Shown in pieces: positions 24,795 to 32,893 of a stretch of DNA of 32,893 nucleotides. Numbering within the stretch: position 1 is the stretch's first letter; each line of letters begins with the position of its first letter. Both the position numbers and the translations under genes were made by a program. This DNA is from Chiloscyllium plagiosum (lineage: Eukaryota), in NCBI RefSeq assembly GCF_004010195.1, contig NW_025213411.1, positions 1 to 32,893 on the forward strand. Reading direction: 5' to 3'. The notes beneath the pieces were generated by a model. The model ran no database searches. It saw only the letters and a program-made list of their open reading frames with translations, and was not told the DNA's origin.

Positions 24795-25128
24795 AGTCGG
24801 CCAGCTGGCACTCTTTACACTCCTTCCACAGGGGATATTGAGCAATCATGCTCCGGGATGTGCAGGAAATCCTCTCACCCATCGGACGGCTGAGACCAAA
24901 CATTGCTGATGCCTGTCTCAATGAAACAACCAACTTGTTGGAGGAGCAGCAGCGGCAGCTGGTGGACTCAGGCGAGGCTGAAGGTCTCATGAACGAGGAA
25001 AGACGTGCTGTGCATATGGCAATTGCTGATTGGAGGTCGAAACTACTTCAACCACGGCGCAGCCACCACGAGCGTGAGCTGATGTTGCAGGGCCCCGCCT
25101 GACTGATAGAAGACTTCATTTAGTTGCA

Positions 25129-26508
25129 GTGGATGACGTCGCCGTTTTCTGCTAGGATCCGCTGTCCGTGCGCAGACTCATGTGCATATGTGACCAGTTT
25201 GAACGGGCCTTGGGGGCCAAGGTCAACCGAGGCAAGAGCGAGGCCATGCTCTTCGGGAACTGGGCCGACCAATCCTCGATCCTCTTCACCGTCAGGACCG
25301 ACCACTGAAGGTGCTGGGTATTTGGTTCGGAGGGGCTGGGGCATATTCCAAGTCTTGAGAGGAGTGTATCAGCAAAGTGAGGCAGAAACTGGGCAGATGG
25401 AAGCTACGGTCACTCTCCATTGCGGGAAAAAACCTGGTCATCAGGTGTGAGGCACTGTCATTGCTGTTATACGTGGCACAGGTCTGGCCTATTCCCAGAA
25501 CCTGTGCCGCTGCAGTCACCCGGGCCATCTTCCAGTTTATATGGAGGTCAAAGATGGACCGGGTCCGAAGGGACTCGCTGTACAAAGATCTGGGCAATGG
25601 GTGAAAAAATACACCCAATGCCACCCTCACCATGTTGGCCACCCTTGTGTGTGGCTGCATCAAACTGTGCGTGGATCCCCGGTACGCAAACACCAAGTGT
25701 CACCAGGTACTGAGGTTCTACCTGTCCCTGGTGTTGCGAAAGATGGGCCTGGCCTCGCTGCCNNNNNNNNNNNNNNNNNNNNNNNNNNNNNNNNNNNNNN
25801 NNNNNNNNNNNNNNNNNNNNNNNNNNNNNNNNNNNNNNNNNNNNNNNNNNNNNNNNNNNNNNNNNNNNNNNNNNNNNNNNNNNNNNNNNNNNNNNNNNNN
25901 NNNNNNNNNNNNNNNNNNNNNNNNNNNNNNNNNNNNNNNNNNNNNNNNNNNNNNNNNNNNNNNNNNNNNNNNNNNNNNNNNNNNNNNNNNNNNNNNNNNN
26001 NNNNNNNNNNNNNNNNNNNNNNNNNNNNNNNNNNNNNNNNNNNNNNNNNNTCTACGGCCTGTTCCCCGGGACACACACCGAGACGAACATCAACTGTGCC
26101 TGGAGGATCATCAGCTCGGTGAAGGACGCTCTCTGGGCGGTCCGAAACCTGTTGATCTTCCAGCTGAAGGAGTTGACCCCAACTGAGTGTTGCAGGCTGG
26201 CACATTCCATGGTCCAGGACTACGTGTTGAGGGACGCGCTGAAGCTTGGGGCAGCTGCCGCTAAGGCGCGGTGGGGAAAGACCACCGTGTAACATCTGCC
26301 TGCCTAAGAAGAACAGAGGGCCCGCGCAGTCATTTGGGCCCTGCTGACGCCTCAGCTAAAAATGTAATTGTACAGACCTGTAAATAGGAATGATTACTCT
26401 GTTTTCAGTATGCAAACAAATTGAATGTTTACATATGTATGGCATGTCCAGTTGTACAGATCATCAAAGTATTTTATGAATAAAGCATATTTTTGAAATG
26501 AAAAAAAA
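25129..26508 (+). mobile_element. Tx1/L1-clade LINE, 5'-truncated: RT C-half, 3' UTR and poly(A)
   Basis: DDVAVFC..GAKVNRGKSE..LKVLGIWF, WKLRSLSIAGKNLVI, FQFIWRSKMDRVRR, KDALWAVRNLLIF; stop 26290-26292; AATAAA 26479-26484; A8 26501-26508; includes an N run. Confidence 0.9.
25763..26050. other. N run (assembly gap or masked sequence)
   Basis: 288 Ns. Confidence 1.
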
Positions 26509-28500
26509 GCGGATGTGTACTGCCTGCAGGATTTCCCTGCGGCAGGCTATTTCGATGTGACCTTCAGGAGCGTGAAGAATTGCGAGCAGCTCCTGAAGGT
26601 CTTCAAGGAGAAGGAAGGGGAACCTCTATTCTCCATCTTGTCAGCGGTCCCGTTGTGTTTGCTTCCTGCGCAGAGGAGTCGGATTGTAACAATCCAGATG
26701 TACAACCCTCACGTCCCAGCAGCAGATGTTCTGACCTTCCTGAGAAGATATGTCCAGGTCGAAGGAGAGAGTACTGATGTGGTCAATCATTTCAGGATCT
26801 GGACCAGCAAACGACAGGTCAGGGTAACTCTGAGGGTTGATGCCAGTGGGAACATCCTCCTCCCACCCTCCAGCTTTGCCATCGGAGGAAGCAGAGGTTA
26901 CCTGACATACGCAGGGCAGCCGAAAGTGTGCCGAACCTGCGGGAGGTCAGGCCACATGGCGGCGGATTGTAAGGCGACTGTCTGCTGAAACTGCAAGCAG
27001 GAAGGCCACCCGACCAAGGAATGTAAGGAGGCCAAGAACTGTAATCTGTGCGGAGAGGCGGGCCACATTTACAAGGCCTGCCCAAGACAAGGGGCTGCCA
27101 CCTACGCACAGATGGCTGGAGGTGGCAACACAAGCCGTGGACCGCCCAAGACCAGCAAGGTACCACAAAACAGCACGGGAACGGTGTCTGGAGGCACCCA
27201 GAAGGTAGGGCAGGCTGTAGCGGAGCAGATGGCAGACAGAGGGGAGAGGCAGCAGCCGATTCAAGCTCCTTCAAGACAGACGGAGGAAATGGAAGAGGAG
27301 GGACCAAAGGAGGCAGAGGATTGGATTACTGTCAAAAGCAGGAAGAGGAAATCTCCCAAAGCCACCCAGCAAAGGGGGAAGCGACACCTACACGACGAGG
27401 ATACAGGCAGCTCTTCCGACGGTGAGGGCGGGCGCAAGGAGGGTCGTCACCAAAGGAAGAGACAGAGCGACGCGGGGAAATAGGAGGGCAGCACCGCCCA
27501 AACAGGGAAAGACAATCTCTCTGAGGGGATGGGTAAAGGCCTCCCCCGAACCAGTGAGAACCAAGAGGTACCCACCGGCCCACAGCTCCAGGTAACTGGG
27601 AGCAGCGGTCCTGTGACAGCCCCACTGTCAGATGGAGAACTGGACTATGCGGACCCTGGGCCTGACCCGAAGACACCAGAGCGGGGAAATGGCTTCAGCG
27701 TGGAGCCGGACAGCTACCTCAGCCCTGGGAGAGTCCAGCAGTTTGCCGTCACCATGGGGATGCACACAGCTACCCCAGAGGGGCAAGACCAGCAGCAAAT
27801 GGACACTGTTAACCTNNNNNNNNNNNNNNNNNNNNNNNNNNNNNNNNNNNNNNNNNNNNNNNNNNNNNNNNNNNNNNNNNNNNNNNNNNNNNNNNNNNNN
27901 NNNNNNNNNNNNNNNNNNNNNNNNNNNNNNNNNNNNNNNNNNNNNNNNNNNNNNNNNNNNNNNNNNNNNNNNNNNNNNNNNNNNNNNNNNNNNNNNNNNN
28001 NNNNNNNNNNNNNNNNNNNNNNNNNNNNNNNNNNNNNNNNNNNNNNNNNNNNNNNNNNNNNNNNNNNNNNNNNNNNNNNNNNNNNNNNNNNNNNNNNNNN
28101 NNNNNNNNNNNNNNNNNNNNNNNNNNNNNNNNNNNNNNNNNNNNNNNNNNNNNNNNNNNNNNNNNNNNNNNNNNNNNNNNNGTAGATACACCTGGTCATG
28201 GGCAGACGGGTCTATCCGCTCCAGGATAGATTACCTGTTTGTGTTCCGTACGCTCTCGGTCAGATCCACCGACGTCAAGCCGGTGTTCTTCTCTGACCAC
28301 TGCCTCCTGCTGGCCGACTGTCACCTACAGGACGAGCAGTGGGCTGGTAAGGGAACGTGGAAGCTGAACACAAAGCTGTTGACCCCAGGAAACATTGAGG
28401 AGCTCAAGAGGGACTACGCAGGTTGGAGAACTGTGAAGCCCCTCTTTGAGTCCCTAACGGACTGGTGGGAAACAGAAAAAGGGAACATCAAGAGGTTCTT
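26509..28500 (+). mobile_element. Second Tx1-like LINE: ORF1 with three CCHC zinc knuckles plus ORF2 endonuclease; truncated at both ends
   Basis: DVYCLQDFP..FDVTF; CRTCGRSGHMAADC, C*NCKQEGHPTKEC, CNLCGEAGHIYKAC; after the gap YTWS..SRIDYLF..FFSDHC..GTWKLNTKLL; premature stops at 26986 and 27481. Confidence 0.9.
27816..28181. other. N run (assembly gap or masked sequence)
   Basis: 366 Ns. Confidence 1.
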
Positions 28501-28501
28501 G

Positions 28502-29505
28502 ATGTCCGAGGGAGTCTTGCAAAACAAAGAGATATTGGAGTGCAGATTCATAGCTGCTTGAAAGTGGAGTCACGGGTAGATAGGATAGTGAAGGAGGCAT
28601 TTAGTATGCATTCCTTCTTCGGTCAAGAGTACTGAGTACAGGAGTTGGGAGGTCATGTTGCAGCTGTACAGGACATTGGTGAGGCCACTTCCTGTTGGAA
28701 AGATATTGTGAAACTTGAAAGGGTTCAGAAAAGATTGACAAGGATGTTGCCAGGGTTGGAGGATTTGAGCTATAGAGAGAGGTTGAATAGAGGTTGTTTT
28801 CACTGGAGTGTCAGAGGCTGAGGGGTGACCTTATAGAGGTTCATAAAATCATAAAGGGTATGGATTGGATAAATAGACAAAATGTCTTCCCTGGGTGGGG
28901 AGTCCTGAACTAGATTAGATTAGATTACTTACAGTGTGGAAACAGGTCCTTCGGCCAAACAAGTCCACACCGCCCCGCCGAAGCACAACCCACCCATACC
29001 CCTACATTTACCCCTTACCTAACACTACGGGCAATTTAGTATGGCCAATTCACCTGGCCCTACACATCTTTGTGACTATGGGAGGAAACCAGAGCACCCA
29101 GAAGAAACTCATGCAAACACGGGGAGAATGTGCAAAGTCCACACAGTCAGTCGCTTGAGGCGGGAATTGAACGCAGGTCTCTGGCGCTGTGAGGCAGCAG
29201 TGCTAACCACTGTGCCACCGTGCCACCCACTAGATGGCATAGGTTTAAGGTGAGAGGGGAAAGATATAAAAGAGACCTTAGGGGCAACTTTTTCATGCAG
29301 AGGATGGTATGTGTATGCAATGAGCTGCCAGAGGAAGTGGTGGAGGCTCGTACGATTGCAACATTTAAAAGGCATCTGGATAGGAAGGTTTTAGAGGGAG
29401 TCGGACTGCGTGCTGGCAGTTGGGTACTAGATTGGGTTTGGATGTCTGATCGGCATGGACGAGTTGGACGGAAGGGTCTGTTTCCGTGGCTCCAAGGTGC
29501 TATGA
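28502..29505 (+). mobile_element. CR1 3' fragment, the duplicated paralog of ~452-1135
   Basis: Reverse-complement match; HRFKVRGERYKRDLRGNFF..NELPEEVVEA. Confidence 0.9.
28915..29228 (-). mobile_element. Full-length tRNA-derived V-SINE (HE1-like)
   Basis: Minus strand has A box (TGGCACAGTGG), B box (GTTCAATTCC), V-domain-like core (TTTGCACATTCTCCCCGTG..GGTTTCCTCCCA), CR1-like 3' end and (AATCT)n tail; TSD actaga(t) at 28909 and 29229. Confidence 0.9.
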
Positions 29506-29758
29506 TTGCAGACTCCAACAAAGCTGGTCATAATTTGCAAAGTGTCCATTCATCATATCGGAACATCTTCATGTTGCCATACTCGAAATCAATTGCTTTT
29601 CTCCAGCACTGATCTACTCGACTGTGTCTGCAATGAAAGAGCACATTTGGACAAATTCAGCAAACGACAGTCATTCTGCCAAATGCAATCAACGCTCTCA
29701 CTCAGAGGCAGAGTAAGGCGGAAAGTAGCAGCTCATGCGCCAATTCCTCCAGACGACC

Positions 29759-29852
29759 AACTGCAGCCGCCTGTTGTCTTTGCAGCAATGTCTGCAGTGG
29801 AGCTGTTGCTGCCGTTTGAACTGAAGGCAACTGAGGGAAGCGCCACGCGATC
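29759..29852 (+). promoter_or_regulatory. Conserved upstream block of 7SL copy 5
   Basis: ...CTGCAGTGGAGCTGTTGCTGCCGTTTGAACTGAAGGCAACTGAGGGAAGCGCCACGCGATC|GCCGGG. Confidence 0.5.
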
Positions 29853-30150
29853 GCCGGGGCCTGCGGCGCGCGCCTGTACTCCCGCTGCTGGGAGGCTGAG
29901 GCTGCCGGATGACTTTAGGTTGGGAGTTCTGGGCTGTTGTGGTCTGTGTCGATCGGGTGCCCACACTCAGGGCAGTGTCCACATGGTGCTCCTCGGGGAA
30001 CTCGGGTGTACCAGGTGTGCTGCAGAGGGGTGAACCGGCCCAGGTCGGAAACGGAGCAGGTCAAAGCCCCCGCACTGCTCAGTAGTGGGATAGCACCTGT
30101 GAATGGATGCAGCAGTGCAGCCTGACCAATACAGTGAGACGCAGTCTTTT
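29853..30150 (+). ncRNA. RN7SL: 7SL/SRP RNA gene copy 5, full length (298 nt)
   Basis: GCCGGGGCCTGCGGCGCGCGCCTGTAC... helix 8 GGCCCAGGTCGGAAACGGAGCAGGTC ... GAGACGCAGTCTTTT. Confidence 0.95.
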
Positions 30151-32674
30151 ACACCATTCTTTACCTTGCGGCATTCCCATCTTTTGCCATCAGTGCAAAC
30201 AATCTCGATGTCTCAATCCTGCTTCCTTCCTTCCCCACTCACTCCCTCCACCCCCTACGCCCGCCACGTTTATTCACTCTCACGATAACCAATCTTTACA
30301 AAGTCAACAACAAATCCACACATTTTACAACAACCGAATCTCTCTACAAGTCCTCCACACTCACCCAAACACACTCTCTCAGTCATTACCTCACACTTCC
30401 CACACTGCCCTTTTCTACCTCTCCTCAATATTCACTTCTCTTTTACTGCTCCCTGCTGTTCACAGCACCTACTGTTCTGAGAAAATCTCCACTTTACACA
30501 ATCCTACCAGCCACGGCCAGCAGAGAGCGCAAAACTCTCTTCATTTTCCTGCCCGAATGCTCCATTGCTCACATTGCCGAAACTTCCATTGCAACCACCA
30601 AGCGTTCAAGCTGCCTCCCGGCTCTTTCCCCTCTCCGTCATCCATTCATTCATTCACTTCGGCAAATGATTCTCCTGCAAAGCCGTGCAACCCTGCAACT
30701 CTCACCCTAATGTTGCATGTACTGCAGAAAGAGGGAGAGAGGCAGCAAGATTGTAATTCCATGATTTGTCTTTGAGCCACAATCAAGTTTGCCGCCACCC
30801 CATTTTTCCGTGTCCTGTCTGCCGAGTATTCGCTCTTGGAGAAGTCGTCGAGAACGTGTATCACCCTAAATGCGCCTTATTTCCGAAGACGGGGCGTTTC
30901 CGACCTCGTTGCAACTGGTGGTGTTTCAAATGTGAGATCAATCCGAAGAAAGCTGTGATTTCTGCTGTGATTCTCGCAGTCCACTGGAATATCACCGGTA
31001 ATCAGTCAACCTGCTGTTTCCCACTCGCATGTCGAAAACAAATCCTGATTTACTTCAGTCCTGCATTTTTTCTGGCAACAATGGAGCGATATAGTAGAAC
31101 AGGCATAATTTATCCAAGGGTTCTATCCCACAAATACAGCCCCTGCCCTCACTTAGAGTCACAAGATCACATAACGTCGCTGCTTTTACTATTGTCCCAG
31201 ATGAGGAATTGCAGCAGCCTGTTATCTTTCTCGCAATCACTGCAGTGAAGCTGTGGCTTCTTTTTGAACTGAAGGCGGCTGCATCAGTCCTCACTCCGCA
31301 CTCATTCACCCCACCTTCACTTATCATTTCACTAATTCTCACATCCTTAGTTTCCCGACAACTAATCATCACAACCAGATCACCAATACATAGACACATT
31401 TTGAAACAAACGAATCTTCAACTGTGTCAAGACTAAGCTATCACAGCCGGGCATATCCCGCAGCATATAAATAACTGCTGTGGTCCTGATGCGCCAGTTT
31501 GAAAGCCATCCTCAATCTCTTCCATTCTCCAGCCCAGGACCTGGGCCTGTTCTTGAAAGTCGCCAAAAAAGATACTCAGATATGCACTTAACCCTGATCA
31601 GTCAAACATTCCTCATCCTTGACGGTGCAGAAAGTAATAATTTTTCGAAGTCCAGTTCAGTAGGTAAGAAGACAAGTTAGAGTGACTGTTTAGAGACGAT
31701 GGCCCTTCCTCAGAAGCGGATCCGAAACGTTGACTCCGATTTCTCTTCACAGATGCTGCCAGACCTGCTGAGATTTATCAGCCATTTCTGTTTTCGTTTC
31801 TTATTTACAGCACCCGCAGTTCTTTTTTTTTAACATTTGTACTATTCCTGGACTATTGTTAAGGCTACATTCGGGGTTTCAGTGGCTCTTTTCTCATTCT
31901 CACAAACGAATGTAGCAGTTGATGCAGTCATCTGGCAACACCACTTCCTGTATATACGATTTGGATTCAAACATAAGCAGAATTAGAGGAATTGATTATA
32001 TCCTGTGTAATTATAAACTCTGTATTCAATGTAAGCTGACAACTCATAAGCAACTTTAGCTTCTTGCACACCACTGCATTTACATTGGCACAAGTCATCA
32101 TCATAGGCTGGAATTGCACGTTTATTTTTCAGAATAATTGGTACATAAACCTCCAAGATTATACATTTCAAACTGCTGAGGTCACAGCTAGAAGATTCAA
32201 CCAGGCAGTAACTGCCCGTTTAATGGCATCTTAGTCACACTCCCAATGCACAAAATGCTGACATTGCATTTGTCTTCCTAATTCTCAACCGAAACTTTAT
32301 GTTAATCTTCAGAGAATCCTGACCTCAGATTTCAAATTTCATTTGTGCTTCAGATTTCCAAAGTCTTTCATCATTTAGAAAATTGTTGATGCCTCCAATC
32401 TCCCGACTAAATTGCATATTTGTAGCAATAATGTCAGTGGAGCTATTCCTGCCATTTGAACTGAAAGTTGCTCAGTTAAGACTCCCAGTTGCTATATATA
32501 TGAAAATGTTGAGTATTCACAATCATGACAGTCACAGCCACAAGAGCGAGTAAAATTATTCAGTTTTTCCACCTCATCTGCTCCATTGACCAATTTTACA
32601 AGCACAGCAATATAGAAAACAGGGAATGGAGTTGGCCATTTGACCCATTAAACCCAGCCACCATTCAGGCAGAT

Positions 32675-32893
32675 TATGGTTGATAGGAGAAATAGACAAA
32701 GTCTTTTCCCTGGGGTGGGGGAGTCCAGAACTAGAGGGTATAGGTTTGGGGTGAGAGGGTAAAGATATAAAAGAGACCTACGAGGCAACTTGTTTAATCA
32801 GAGAGTGGTACACGTATGGAATGAGCTGACAGAGGAAGTGATGGATGCTGGTACAAGTGCAATATTTAAAAGACATCTAGATGGGTTTATGAA
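32675..32893 (+). mobile_element. CR1 3' fragment (paralog of 6000-6200), runs off the window
   Basis: ttttccctggggtgggggagtccagaactagagggtataggttt...gagctgacagaggaagtg. Confidence 0.85.

Noticed and set aside
25541..28561. Long ORFs spanning the N runs
   Set aside because: Their length is an artefact of X residues; the real content is disrupted Tx1 ORF1/ORF2.
29853..30150. Alu or 7SL-derived SINE, or primate contamination
   Set aside because: The complete S domain is present, there is no A-tail or TSD, flanks are shared between copies, and surrounding repeats are non-mammalian.

Overview
Eukaryotic, repeat-dense DNA. The repeat content (CR1 LINEs, an HE1-like V-SINE, Rex1/Babar, Penelope-like and Tx1-like elements) suggests a cartilaginous fish, probably a shark; this is inference. 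I find no host protein-coding gene. The window is organised around five paralogous, divergent 7SL (SRP) RNA genes: three full-length 298-nt copies, one cut by the window edge and one degenerate copy. They sit in direct and inverted segmental duplications. The 7SL variant keeps the SRP54-binding helix 8 and shows compensatory base-pair changes relative to the human sequence as I recall it. A ~94-bp upstream block precedes the four copies with an intact 5' end, and degenerate versions recur five more times with no 7SL behind them. One 7SL copy carries a strand-coordinated cluster of C>T changes. Also present: a tRNA-Ala-type pseudogene, two abutting Tx1-like fragments, an inverted Penelope pair with hammerhead-like cores, and three insertions that can be ordered against empty paralogous sites. 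Two N runs (25763-26050, 27816-28181) hide sequence. All alignments were by eye, so identities and element boundaries are approximate.
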